Of a stretch of 64,000 nt of DNA, positions 1 through 12,657 are shown in pieces. A program made the position numbers and the translations under genes. The DNA comes from Fonticula-like sp. SCN 57-25 (taxonomy: Eukaryota), in NCBI GenBank assembly GCA_001724245.1, contig MEDX01000019.1:1-64000 (forward strand). The letters run 5' to 3'. How positions within the stretch are numbered: position 1 is the stretch's first letter; every line of letters begins with the position of its first letter. The notes under the pieces were generated by a model. It did no database searches. It was not told where the DNA came from and was given only the letters and a program-made list of their open reading frames with translations.

Positions 1-518
1 CTCGCAGGCCAGCCGCCGCGGGATCCAGGATCATCAAAAAAGTCGGTTTCGGTACGTCTCAGATTTGGATTTTCCTATCAACACTTTTGGCTTGAGTGAA
101 GATTGCCGACTCTGGCTTGGCCTTGCCCAAGTAGACGATCAGACGCACACAATAAAGTTTGCGCTGGAATACCCCTCGTTTCCGCTTTGCGCAATCTTGC
201 TCTAGCAGAGTTTTATGGGCTTTGCGCGTAAACAGCTTCGCGCCTTTGACATCCGATGAGCCCATCATCTCGGCGAAACATGTAGCTGATGGTTTGTCGA
301 AATCTGTGATAAAATTGGAACGCGAGGAAATAAAGCCACGCATGTGCAGCGAATTTTAGGCATGTGCTTAAGCACACATTGTATGCACTTTACTAGCTCA
401 ACGCGATCCTACCGAGTGCCACTTCACCGTAAACGAAGGGCCGACGCCGGCTTTGCTGTCATTTTCGTCACGTGACTGGTGCTGCACGCGGGCCCGTCGG
501 CCGCATTGTCGGCCTCTC

Positions 519-2100
519 ATGGAGCGCTATCCATCAAGGTTCATAGACCATTCGGCTATTCCACCGAGTCCTGGCACGCTAGACCATGACGCAGACACTG
601 CCCCGCTTGTTGCTGCAGAAGATCTCGCCCTGTCATCGGGGAAACATGACGACATCGAGCTGCTTCCTCGAGGTGTCAGCGATGCAGAGGAAGGGGCGGC
701 GCCGGTGTCTCGCGACGAGCCGCGGCTCAACCCCAAGGTTTCGCACCACCCAATTGACCGCAGTTATTATGCCTATCTAATTGTCTTTTGCTCGTTTGTG
801 GTTCACTTTTTCATCTTGGGCGCGCCGTACGCCATGGGCGTGTTTCAGATCGTCTACGAGACGGCGTTTGATGTGGACCACTTTCAGGCAAGCTGGATCG
901 GCACGATCAGCGCTGGCTTGTTCAACCTTACGGGGCTCGTTGCGGGTGGTCTGGCCGACCGGCTCGGCTACCAGCGGGTGGTGCGCGGCGGCATCCTCAC
1001 GGTGGCCGTCGGCTACATCCTCGCGTCCTTTAGCACGCAGCTGTGGCAGCTCTATCTCACGCAGGGCGCCATGGTCGGCTTTGGAAGCGCCTTTGCCTAC
1101 TACCCGGCCGTGTCTGCCGTCAGCCAATGGGTACGCGGACGAGATTTCATCACCGCGCGCTGTGGCCTAACACGACGCGCTCGCCAGTTTGACAAGCATC
1201 GCGCGTTCGCAACCGGGATCGCAGTGAGCGGCGCAGGCATCGGCGGCTTTGTGTTTTCGCCAATGATCCGCTACCTTGTGGACGTTGTTGGATGGCAGTG
1301 GTCGCTTCGCGTTATCGCCATTCTCACCTTTGTGATCCTCGGGATCGTATCGCTCTTTATGCACCAGCGCGTCTTTGCCCGCGTACGTTCCCGCCCTTTT
1401 TTCATGCCTCGCTCACCCACCTTAGAGAGGCAAGGTGATCAACCTCGACCTATTGCGCACGCGCGCCTTTTGCTTCATGTGCCTTGGCTCTGTCGTCGGC
1501 TTTTTCGGCTACTGGACGCCGTTCTACTACCTTCCCTCGTACATTGTCAGCTACGGCTTTAGCAGCTCGTTTGGCGCGCTCGTGCTCGGCATCCTGAACG
1601 GCGCCTCTGCCGTCGGCCGCATCGTGCTCGGCCTCATTGCCGACCGCATTGGCCGCGTCAACATGCTCGTGTCGTGCTGGTTCGTCGCGAGCCTCATGGT
1701 GCTCGTGTGGCTCTTTTGCACCGCCGCGTGGTCGCTCATCATCTTTGCCATCCTGTTTGGCTTTTCCGTCGGCGGGTTCATGTCCATCACGCCCGTCGTG
1801 GCCGCCGACCTCATGGGCGCCGACCGCCTTGCCAGCGTCATGGGGATGCTCTACTTTGGAAACACCTTTGGAAACGTGTTTGGCCCAGCGATCGCCGGGT
1901 ACCTCTTTGACATTGCTGCGCCGTCATTCGCGCTCGGCATCCTCTTCTCCTTTGCCATGCTCTTTATCGGAGCCATCTCGGTCGGCCAGGTGTGGCTCGT
2001 CCAAAAGTCGTCCAGGGCCGCCGCCTTTTGGGACTCCGTCTCGGCGCGCCTCTGGTGCACGCCCGACAAGGCAGCCGAGCTCGTTGACGAGTCCGACTAA
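519..2100 (+). CDS. MFS transporter, monocarboxylate porter (MCT/SLC16/Mch-like) family; 3 exons
   Basis: Many hydrophobic segments, with MFS motifs GGLADRLGYQ and GLIADRIGR, plus FDKHRAFATGIAVSGAGIGG typical of the MCT family. Introns 1131-1187 and 1383-1425 (GTACG...AG) join ORFs 453..1562 and 1435..2100 in frame. Confidence 0.9.
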
Positions 2101-2280
2101 AATTGTATTGTCCATTTTTCCACCTTTTTGCTTGTACTCTACCTGAACCGTGTATCATATTTGACCTACCACGCATGGGCGCCGCGGCCTCCCGGCACCC
2201 ACCCCAATATAGAATGACTAAACATAGTTGATTGAATACTATTATGCGATCTCTGCGAGGAAATGGGTACAAATGGTCGC

Positions 2281-3676
2281 TTACATGTACTGGGCGAGGT
2301 GGAGGCGCGAGACGATGAGGCGCTGGATCTGGGCAGTGCCCTCGTAGATCTGGTAGATCTTGGCGTCGCGCATGAGCTTCTCGACCGGGTAGGCGGTGTT
2401 GAAGCCGTTGCCACCGTGGATCTGGACGGCGTCGGCGGCGGCCTTGTTGGCGACATCACCGGCAAAGGCCTTGGCGATCGAGGCATAGTAGGTGTTCTTG
2501 CGGCCCTGGTCAAACTCGTAGGCGGCCTTGTAGGTGGCGAGGCGAGCGCACTCAATGTTGATGGCCATCTCGGCAATCATAAAGGCGACCGCCTGGTGGT
2601 TGGCGATCGGCTCGCCCATTGTCTTGCGCTGGAGGGCATAGCGCGACGACTCGTCAAGAGCGCGCTGGGCGAGGCCGACGGCGCCAGCGGCGACGACCGG
2701 GCGGGTCAGGTCAAAGGCGCCCATGGCAATCTTCCAAAAAAGCGGTCAGCAACTGTAAAAATCGGCCCCGGAATCGCACCTTGAAGCCCTGGCCAATGTC
2801 GCCGAGGCGGTTCTCATCCGGCACCTCGACGTCCTCAAAGGTGATGCCGCGCGTGTCCGAGCAGCGCTGGCCCATGTTGATCTCCTTCTTGCCGACAGTG
2901 ATGCCGGCCGACTTGGCGTCGACGATGAAGGCAGTGAAGGCCTTGCCGGCGCTGGCCTTGGCGTCGGTCTTGGCGAGCACATAGTACCACGACGCAACAG
3001 AGCCGTTGGTGATCCACATCTTCTGGCCGTTGATCACCCACTTGTCGCCCTTCTTGACGGCGGTCGTCTTGGCGCCAGCGACATCGGAACCGGCTCCTGT
3101 AGATAAAATGTAAGCAAAAGAACGGAAAACGCGGCGGCGAGGAGATGCGCACCGGGCTCGGTCACGCAGTACGCGGCCATGATGGGCTCCTCGGTCATGG
3201 GGGCGAGGTACTTCTTCTTGTGGAAGTCGTTACCGGCGAGGATGACGGGGGCCTGGGCAAGGCCGTTGCCCTCGCAGGCGGTCGAGATGCCGGTGCAGCC
3301 GACCGAGAGCTCCTCGGCGATCATGCAGCCGTCGACGAGGCTGAGGCCGAGACCTCCGTACTCGGTCGGGATGTGCGCGTTGACGAGGCCGAGCTCCCAG
3401 GCCTTCTTGACGACGGGCCACGGGTACTCGCCTATCAAGCCGGCGTGTTAACACAAAAGAACGCGCGCGCGAACAGAGAAACGCACCCGAGAGGTCATAC
3501 TGGGCAGCGACCGGGAAGATGTGCTCCTTGGTGAACTGGCGAGCGGTGTCGCGGAGGGCCTTCTGCTCCTCCGAGAGATCGAACGAGAGACCGCCCGAGG
3601 GGGCAGCCGACGAGAAGCCGCGGACGGCGGTAGACGCCGAGACAGCGCGGCGCGAAAGGGCGCGGGCAGCAAGCAT
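2281..3676 (-). CDS. ACADM: Mitochondrial medium-chain acyl-CoA dehydrogenase; multi-exon
   Basis: Arg/Ser/Ala-rich presequence, then [47 protein letters not shown] and [26 protein letters not shown] (catalytic Glu in IYEGT as in MCAD), spread over ORFs 3230-3676, 3034-3438, 2711-3037 and 2281-2724. Confidence 0.93.
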
Positions 3677-3769
3677 TTCGATCGGGTGCGGGGCAAAGCT
3701 CGAGGGAAAGGCAAAGAAAAGAAAACAGATTCACATGCGAAACGTTCAATCATGTGGCCACGTGGTGCG
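3677..3769. promoter_or_regulatory. Bidirectional promoter of MCAD and CPT2-like genes with CCACGTGG
   Basis: Only 93 bp (75 bp with the upstream ATG) lie between the divergent start codons; ccacgtgg at 3758-3765. Confidence 0.55.
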
Positions 3770-5572
3770 ATGTTGATGCGGCGGGCGCTGGCGGTGCGGG
3801 CGGTGCTGCCACGCCTCCCGCTGCCCGCGCTGAGCGACACGATCGCCCGCTACACCGCCGCGGTTGAGCCGCTGTGCGATGAAAGGGATGCCAAGCATTC
3901 GGTGGGACTGCTGAGCGACTTTGCTGCAAAGGACGGCGAGGGCCTCCAGCGGGACCTCGCCGAGATTGCGGCCTTCCCGCGCGAATCGTACCCCGGCAGC
4001 TTTGTGGAAAAGTACTGGGATGACATGTACCTCGAGGGGCGCTGGGCGCTTCCCATCAACAGCAATCCCGCCCTCATGATCAAGAGTCGCGAGACGCGAT
4101 CGGTACGAGCTCTTTTTGGAACCGCCATTTCTGACGATCCGTAGCAAGCGCGCAGCGCAGCGGCACTGATCTTGTCGAGCGCGCGCTTTGCCCGCCGCGC
4201 GCTCACCGGTGAGCTGAGCCAGACGCCCGGACCGCTTGATATGCGGCAGTACAGCCGCATGTTTTGCTCGTCGCGGATCCCCCTCCGCGGCCGCGACAAG
4301 ATCGCCCTTTCGGCCGACATCCCGGCCGACCAGCAGCATGCCGTCGTGCTTCGCGGCGATCGCGCCTACCGCATCCGCGTGCTTGACAAGGACGGCGCGA
4401 CGGTTACCGAGGCAGGACTTCGCAGCGCGCTAGAAAAGCTTCTTTCCGAACCCGTGTCCTGCGATCCGTCGCGCCTCGTTTCGTCACTGACCTCGCTGGA
4501 GCGCGACACATGGGCTTCCGTGCGCGCCGATCTTGAGCAGATCCCGGTGAACCGCGCGACGCTTTCCGCAATTGACTCTGCTCTCTTTGTTGTCGTTCTT
4601 GACGCGTCATCCCCTTGCGATGCCGCCGCCGCCTCCTCGCACGCGCTCCACGGCGCGTCCGGTGCTCTCGACCCCCGCTGGTTTGACAAGTCGATGCAGC
4701 TCCTCGTCGCGCCCGACGGCCAGTTTGGCGTCAACTTTGAGCACAGCTGGGGCGACGGCGCGTGCGTCGGCCGCTTTGTGCAAGAGGTCGTGTCGGACAT
4801 GGACGGCGTCCCGAGCGGCTTCCCCCCGCTGAGCGACCCCGCCGCCTTTTCCGACGCTGCACTCGAGCCGCTCCGCTGGGACCTCTCGGACGCCATCCGC
4901 GCGCGCATTTCGGACGCATCGCGCGCACTTGTCGCGTCCGCTGACGGCATGGAAAGCGCTGTGCTTCAGTTTGACCGCTTTGGCAAGGACTTTAGCAAGA
5001 AGAACAAGATGAGCCCCGACGCCCTCGTGCAGATGGCGTTCCAGCTGGCCGCGTGGCAGCAGAGCGGCCGCGTGCTCCCAACATACGAGTCGTGCAACAT
5101 GCAGCACTTTCACTGCGGGCGCACCGACGCCATCCGCAGCGCCTCGGGAGACGCCAAAAGTATGGCTCAAGGGTGGGCACGCGCCGACAATGCCCAGCGA
5201 CGCGCCCTTCTCTCTGCCGCCACGGCGCGCCAGGAGCAGCTGACCAAAGAGACGCGCGAGGGTAAGGGCTTTGATAGGCATCTCTACGCGCTGCGCTTCC
5301 GCGCAAAGGAAACGGGCCGCGCTGAGCACGAATTTTTCTCGAGCACCGCGTATCAGACGCTCAATTCAAACCTGCTGTCGACGAGCACCGTGTCGCTGCC
5401 GTCGCTGCGCCTCGCGGGGTTCGGGCCGGTGCACGCGGACGGTTTCGGCGTCGCTTACGCCATTCACAACAATGAGCTGGCGTTTAACATTACGTCTTTT
5501 AGAAAGGGCACCGCCGTGCAGTTTGCTGACGCGCTCGAAAAGGCCCTGTCCGACATTGAAAATATGTTTTGA
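3770..5572 (+). CDS. Carnitine O-acyltransferase, CPT2-like; 2 exons (alternative start 3752)
   Basis: LPRLPLPALSDTIARY, WDDMYL, RWFDKS, FEHSWGDG (catalytic His, CPT2-like), TYESC..FHCGRTD, GKGFDRHLYALR, LSTST, GFGPVHADGFGVAY. Intron 4103-4144. Confidence 0.9.
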
Positions 5573-5928
5573 TTATAATCTTTTAATACCTACTTTTAAT
5601 ACATAATTTTACCCTGTATTCGGAACATTCATGCATAACGCTGGCCATACTATTTCCATGCGCGTTCAGGTCGAACCGATTGATGCATTCGCTGTGCGCT
5701 CAAACGCAAGCACGCCATTGGCCAATAATGATTAATGATTGCTATCCACGTCCTTATCACCCCGTGCCATCGAACATTCTGTATGGAAACATTGCAAAGG
5801 ATCGACAAGAGCCTTCCTTTTGCCCCACCCCGATAATTTCATAGAGAAAAATCGAGGTGCGGGGGTGAGAAATTTTCGTCCCCCGACAAGTATCGACTCA
5901 GCGTGCTGCGTGTGTGCTGTCGACGACG

Positions 5929-7992
5929 ATGTGGCTGGCGAGCAGGGATGCGCGCCGCGTCGTGTTTACGGCGCTGGCGCTCGTCGCTGCCATTAGCGGC
6001 GCGACAATGACGGCGCGGAGCAGGATGGCGCAGGGCGGAGTGAGCCTCGCGCGCATGCCTAGATCGATCGATATTTATAGCGGCGGCGACAATGCGACAA
6101 GCTGCCACGACGCGATGAACTCGCCCGATGCCTGCGAGCTTGTCATTGACGCCTGCGGACATGGCGAGTCTCTCTTTGACTACTACGCTCTTCATTACTG
6201 CGCGCTTGGCGACGCCCAGTGGTTCTCGTTCATTCTCCAGATCCTTTGGCTGTTTTACCTGTTTGTTGCGCTTGGCGTCGCGGCCGAGTCCTTCTTCTGC
6301 CCGGCGCTTAACGTGATCTCTACTGATCTCAAGCTGTCGGAGAACGTGGCAGGCGTGACACTGCTCGCGCTTGGCAACGGCGCGCCCGACATCTTTTCGA
6401 CCTTTACGGCGGCGATCCAGGGCTCGTTTGACCTTGCCTTTGGCGAGGTGATTGGCGCGGGCGTGTTCATCACGACCGTCGTCGTCGGCTGCGTCGCGCT
6501 GCTCAAGCCCTTCAAGGTGTCGCGCCGGCCCTTTTTCCGCGACATTTTCTTCTACCTCGTCGCGCTGATCTTTGTGATGGTCGTGCTCCAGGACGGCAAG
6601 CTCGTCCTCTGGGAGCCCTTCTTCCTGATCGGCTGGTACATTGCCTACGTCGCCACCGTCATCATCGGCCGCCGCATCTACGTCCGCATGAAGAACAGCA
6701 AAAAGATTGAAGGCGACATCAACAGCGACGTCGACGACAGCATCCCGGCGATCATGGTCGACAATGCCGACGGCGATCTCCGCGAGCCGCTCCTCGAGCA
6801 CGATCGCGGCCACGAGGCCCACGAGCACGTCGACATCGTCCGTCCCGTCCGCGTAAAGTCCATCACCGCCGCGCTCCAGTACGCCACGATGACGCCGGAG
6901 CAGATCCTGTCGAGCGGGACGAGCGTCAAGTCGCATCTCTCGTCGCCGATCCCGCGCTCGCGTGCCGCGTCCATCAGCGCCGGTGCGCACATTATTGGTC
7001 AAAAGACGTAATGTACTTACCTGTTTATGTAGGTCATTCACTGACTGCGCCCGATGCGTACCCCGACGGCGAGACCTTCGCCGACCAGACCGAGTGGCGC
7101 AAGATCGTCGACACGGTGCGTTTCATATATTTGGCGTTCATGCCTCATATCTTCTTTCTCTTGTCTTTATTTTGCTCCATACTGACTCTGCTTTCAGCTC
7201 TTCCCGATCTCCGTGGCCTGGTCCGAGCACTCTATTGTCGACAAGGTGACTGGCATTATCAACGCCCCCGTCTACTTCCTCCTCGCCCTGACTGTCCCCG
7301 TCGCCGACGTCCCCGAAGACCCCAACGTCAAGGCCCCCTGGAACCGCACGCTCGTCGCCCTCCAGATGTTTGTCGCGCCGACCATCCTGACCGTCGCCAT
7401 GGGCAAGATCGACTCTTCCATGGGTGGCTTCCCCGTGTGGGCGCTATGCCTCATCCTCGGCGTCGCCTTTGCCGCCCTCGTGCTCGTCTTCACCAAGCGC
7501 ACCGTCCCAAAGTACTACTCGCTGCTCGCGTGGCCGTGCTTCATCGTGTCTGTCATCTGGATTTACGCGCTTGCCAACGAGCTCGTCGCGCTGATTGGCA
7601 CGCTCGGCAACCTCATGAACATTGACGAGACCATTCTGGGCATCACGGTGCTCGCGTGGGGCAACTCGGTCGGCGATCTTATCGCAAACATCACTGTGGC
7701 GCGCATGGGCTTTGGCAGCATGGCCGTCGCGGCGTCCTACGCAGGGCCGATGCTCAACATGCTCATCGGCGTCGGCATGTCCTGTGCTTACGTCATCATC
7801 AGCTCGGGGGCGGACTACCCGGTCGTGCTCAACGCAGAGCTCAAGGTGTCGCTCATCTCGCTCATCTCCATCCTCTGCTTCACGGCCGTGATCGTGCCAA
7901 TCCTAAAGTTCCAGTTCAACAGAATCTTGGGTGGAATCCTGCTCATGCTCTTTGCGGCGTCGACGGCGGCGACAATCACAATCTCGCTCTAA
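5929..7992 (+). CDS. Cation/Ca2+ exchanger, CCX/NCLX (SLC8B1)-like; 3 exons
   Basis: Alpha-1 repeat VAGVTLLALGNGAPDIFS and alpha-2 repeat ILGITVLAWGNSVGDLIAN. Introns about 6983-7032 and 7116-7197. Confidence 0.92.
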
Positions 7993-8485
7993 GCAGCTGC
8001 CAGTAGAGTATCATCGTAGACTTACTTTTTTACGTTACATTTTATCTAGAGACGTGGCTGATGCAGCGGCCGGTCATGCTGACCGCTCGCGGATGACGTA
8101 CTTTTTTTTTTGTTTCGATGTCAATACCGCCTCGCCGCTCGGCCTGGCCCCCTTTCACGCCGCGCACTGGCAAAGCGCGGCGATTCGCTTCTTGTGTTGC
8201 CGAATATTGTCTCTTTTTTGTTTGATGAAGAGTGTGAACATGTACAAGCATGCTGAGCCCATTGGGCATTAATACAACAACCGGTAGACGAAACGAAAAA
8301 GTGAGACAACATTTGGAACACGAAAAAGAATAGAATGTCGGTTTTTGCTACAGTTGTGTGTTGATTTTGAGCTTTTTGGTGTCTTCTTCTTCCAATTTGC
8401 ATCAATTTGCATCTCAGTTTCGAATATGATTTAAATGTGTATTGTGGAATGTGCCAAAAGAATGAAAATCTGTCTAAAAAAGAGT

Positions 8486-11126
8486 CTAGTTTGCCGCCGG
8501 CGCGTTACCCGCATCAGCATTGCCCGGCGCAATCGGCGTCGGCGCCGTGGCCGCCTTGAGCGGCGGCGGAATCGCAGCGGCAATCGAGGCCGGAATTGCC
8601 GGCGTACTGGCCGCGGGAATCGCCGCAGCGGCCACAGCGGCATTGGCGGGAACGGCCGCGGTGGAATTGGCGGGAACGGCAGTCTGAGCAGTAACTGTAG
8701 TAGGAACTGCAGTGGCGGTAACAGTAGTAGGAACAGCCGTGGCAGTAACAGTAGTTGCAGTCGCAGTTACAGTAGTCGCAGTGGCCGTAATAGTAGATGC
8801 AGTGGCCGTGATAGTAGATGCAGTGGCCGTCATAGTAGATGCAGTGGCCGTCATAGTAGATGCAGTTGCAGTCATAGTAGTGGGAACGGCTGTCGCGACT
8901 GCAGTGGCAGAGGCAGAGGGAGAAAAGGCCTTTGGCACAGCAGTGGCCGCAGCAACAGAAGGCGCACTCGCAGCAGCAAACACTGCCGGAACCGCCGTAG
9001 TTTGCGCTCCAGTTTGCACGGGAGTTTGCACAGCCGCAGGGGTCGTCTTTGCCTCATCGGCCGCCTCGGCAATGTCCTCGGGGGCGGCAATCGTGTCCGT
9101 CGAAGACGACTTGCTCATTCCACCCGCCGTGTCCACGTGGCCGAGTGTGTCATCAAGCGCAGCATTCTCCACGTGGTCATGTACTTCCTGCACTTCGTCA
9201 TGGGCAGTCTCGTGAGCAGCGTCGTACTCTGCCTCGTGTGTGTGGTGAATGTCCTCATGAGCCTCATACTCGTGCTCCACGTGGCCATCATACTGATCAT
9301 ACCCCTCCACGTGACCATCCCCTTCCACGTGGCCCTGATCGTAGTCATACTCGTTTTCGTCTGTCCACGGGTGCAGCGGCTGCGGGTCGAGGTACCCAAT
9401 CTCATCATAATAGTACCCCTGATCGTCCTGATAGTACCTCGCATTCGGCGCGCGCTGCACCTGCTCCTCCTGCCGCGCATAATAGTCGTCGAGGTCGTCG
9501 CCCTCGTCGTCATACGCGTCGTGCTGCGCCTCGGTGGCCATGTAGGCAAGGTCGTCGTCGTCCGGCAGCGCCGCGTCGATCCAGTGCGCCTCGTGCGCGC
9601 CCTCGTCGGCCCACCAGTCCTCACCGGGGCCGCCGCCGTGCGCGTCGCCGCCTTCGTGGGCGCGGCCAAACACATTTGCGGCGTTGCTGATCATGAGCTG
9701 GAGCACGACGCTCAGGCCGCGCATGACGTTGAAGGCGGCGCCGCCGAGGGCTTCGTCGCGCGACCACGCAAAGTTGGGGCCGAGGACGAGTGCGAGGTTC
9801 GAGGCGTGCATCTTGTTCACGTCGGCTTCCTTGGCGAGCTCGCCGAGGTACTCGACAATGTAGCGCAGCGTCGCGTGGGTGGGCTCGGTGACGTAGTTGG
9901 AAAGAAGCCACTGGATGGCGCCGATGCGGTCGTCGGCGGTCGCCATGTCGGGGATCGTGTTGATAAAGTTGAAAAGAGAGGTCGAAAGAAGAGGCTCGGG
10001 GAGTGACTTTAAAAACATCTTGAGAAGGTTGGCGGAAATGTGAGCGTCGCGGAGAGTGGAAAAGTCGACAAGCTCGCCGTCGTTGAGGCGGCGGCGGACT
10101 TGGCGGAGCGTCGCGAGGCTCGAAGAGACGCGGAAAAGACCCTCAGTGCGGAGCGCATCTAAAGAAAAATGTCAGCAAAAGAGGCAAAGTACATGGGCAC
10201 GTGGCTGCGCGTATTGAAAGTACCTTTTGTTCTGATGGCCGTGATGAGGTCGACGATGATGAGCGGGACGCCATCGGAGGAAAGCGTCAGCTCGTTCAGA
10301 GGAGCGCCGAAAACGGGGCCGCGCGTCTAAAAAGCGAAAAGGTGTCAATAAATGGCGATAAAACAAGAGAACAGGCGTACGCGGCGGTACGTGCGCGCTC
10401 CGGGATCGTAAGGCTACGCAAAAACATCGTCAGTCAAATAGGGCGGTTTGCCAAGGGGGATGCGTACGACGACGGCGCGCTCGTAGCGCGGCAGGCGCGG
10501 AATAGAGCGGTACGTGACCTCGGGCACGTTAAAGGCGTCAACGAACCTGCAGAAAAAAGTCAGAAAAAAGCGCGCGGCTTCCCGATGCGTACCGATCCGA
10601 CTCGGGCACGATGGGCGCATCTGAGCAACGCAAATGGGGGCAAAACGATTAGAACAAAAGTGAGAAAAAAACAGGCGCGAACCGATTTCCTTGGTAAACA
10701 CAAGGCAGTGCGCCTCGGTGACTTCGTTGCGGGGAAAGCCGATCACGCGGATGTTGGGGTACACGGTTCTGCGCGCCGGGTTAGCGACAAGAAAAAAACG
10801 GAACTCAAGCGCACTTTGCGCCGTAAACTGTCACAAGCCGCCAGCCAAACTTGTTGCACACATTGATGGCGCGCGCCACAGAGTAGTAGAGGCCGCAATA
10901 CCTACAAAGGCGCGCGGTGAGTATCAAAGGGAAAGATGGGCAAAACGTCTTACCAGCCGCGATCGTCGACGGCCTTGTACTTGCTGGGGCAGTTTCGAGA
11001 AAAGGCCGAAAGGAGCGCGCGACGAGTGCGGTCCGTCTCGCCGCTGCAAACGCGCACGCCCTTTACGCTAAAGCACTCGACCACGAGGAAGCCGTTCCGC
11101 GGCGCCGTCGCCGCCTTGTCCTCCAT
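8486..11126 (-). CDS. RhoGAP-domain protein with long acidic and Thr/Ala-rich C-terminal tail; multi-exon, 5' exon structure uncertain
   Basis: Spliced reading gives VFGAPL...GVPLIIVDLITAIRTK/ALRTEGLFRVSS (arginine finger) ...ANLLKMFLKSLPEPLL...NKMHASNLALVLGPN. ATG at 11126 lies just downstream of an E-box and CCAAT. Confidence 0.82.
8690..8885 (-). repeat. Coding minisatellite, mostly 21-bp units encoding T(M/I/V)TATA(S/T)
   Basis: Repeated gcagtggccgt(c/a/g)atagtagat units on the + strand; protein TMTATASTMTATASTMTATASTITATASTITATAT. Confidence 0.85.
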
Positions 11127-11556
11127 CGTCGTGGGCGGTTTCAGTGTTGTTGTGGCACTTCTATGTGGTCACGTGATTTGTCGCTCTCGTCCAATCAGAA
11201 TCGTCAGCTGAACTACAGAGCCTCTTATCTGGCAAGGGAATACGCGTCGAAACCGCGTGAAAAGTGTATTTTCTGGTACGCAAAGCGGCGAGAGTAACGC
11301 TTAAGGTACGAAAGAACGTGTCTTTTGGCTCATTTTGATACCAGTATCAAAATATTTCGTTCCCATTATCTCAAGTTCTTGTGCCCACCACTTGTAAAGC
11401 ATATGGACGCATTTCAATGATCTCTATTGAGTCTATATTATGTTGCTCTATTTCACGTGTCCAATTGTCTCCTTTCAAAGCAAATAATGTTTCATTGAAC
11501 CGCCCTATGTACAACAACAAGCAAATACCCGCTCTTCCCTTTCACTTCACCTATTT

Positions 11557-12573
11557 TTACTTCTTCTGGCGCTTGTTCTTGCGCTCGCCCTCCTGCTGCG
11601 AAAAGTTGACTGCCTTGCGCACGTTTACGTCCGTGGCGGGCTTGGCAATCTTTTCAACAAACTCGAGCGCCTTCTTGCGCTCGAGCGCCGAGTTGCCGGC
11701 GGCCGACTCCTTCTGCTGCCTCTTCTTGATTGGCTTGTCGGTGTCGAGCGCCTTGTCAAAGCGGCCAAGCGACGCAGTGGAGGTCCTCGTGACGGCAAGC
11801 TTGACCTCGAGCTCCTTCTTGAGGTTGGCGCGCTGCTCGCGGGCGACGGCAGTCTCCTCGGCCTGGCGCGCGTGGCGGGCGGCAGTGGCGAGCTGCTTGG
11901 CGGATCCCTGCGCCAACTTGGGCGCCATCTCGACGGGCATCGGCGCGACCGCCACACCCTTGAGGCCCTTGCGCTGCAGGCGCTCGGCCGTCTCGGCGTT
12001 GCGCGCCTGCGAGGCTTTGTTCTTGGCGATGCGCTTCTTCTTCTCCTCGGCGCGCTTCTCAAACTGATCCTCGTACGGGTCGGCATTGGCCGGCACCTCG
12101 ATGGCCCAGTCGTTCTGGTCGTCGTTGGCGCGCTTGTAGCCAAAGCGCGGCATCCACTCCTGCTTCGCCTCGTCCCAAATCATGCGCGAGCGCTTCTTCT
12201 TCTGGATGCCCTTGCTCTTGGCAAACTGCTCCCAGCGCGTCAGCGGGCGGTCCTTGGGCAGCGGCTTCTCGCGAGGGAGCGCCGTCGAAACGGGCGGGAG
12301 CTCAACGACTACTACCTGGCCTTCGCGACGCGTGGGCAGCGCAAAGATCTCGTTCACGAGGAGCTGCGCATTGTCGCGATGGAGCGCCTGTAACCGCGAC
12401 TCCTTGGCCTCCTTGTCCTCGCCAGCGGCAAACGAAAAGGGCGAAACATCAAAAACGGTGAGATTGCCAAGGTCAAACACCGGCGGCACCTCCTTCTCCA
12501 CCTCTGTCGTCTTGTACTTTTGGCGGACGCTCGCAAGCTCGGCCACGAGCCCCTCGGCATCCATCGTTGACAT
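11557..12573 (-). CDS. RRS1: Ribosome biogenesis regulatory protein RRS1; intronless
   Basis: FDLGNLTVFD, RDNAQLLVNEIFALP, LPREKPLPK, TRWEQFAKSKGIQKKK, WMPRFGYK, STASLGRFDK. The real start is MSTMDAEG inside ORF 11557..13251. Confidence 0.95.
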   Translation of the reverse strand: MSTMDAEGLVAELASVRQKYKTTEVEKEVPPVFDLGNLTVFDVSPFSFAAGEDKEAKESRLQALHRDNAQLLVNEIFALPTRREGQVVVVELPPVSTALPREKPLPKDRPLTRWEQFAKSKGIQKKKRSRMIWDEAKQEWMPRFGYKRANDDQNDWAIEVPANADPYEDQFEKRAEEKKKRIAKNKASQARNAETAERLQRKGLKGVAVAPMPVEMAPKLAQGSAKQLATAARHARQAEETAVAREQRANLKKELEVKLAVTRTSTASLGRFDKALDTDKPIKKRQQKESAAGNSALERKKALEFVEKIAKPATDVNVRKAVNFSQQEGERKNKRQKK

Positions 12574-12657
12574 GGTGCCGCACGTCAAGCACCGCGTGGC
12601 GAGATTAGTGACAGCCCTGTGACAGCCCTGTAGGATTGATGATCTGAACTCGAAACG

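Noticed and set aside
59-380. Short ORFs 59..343 and 159..359 and palindrome tgtgcttaagcaca at 363-376
   Set aside because: No recognisable family or splice context; cannot be supported at the window edge.
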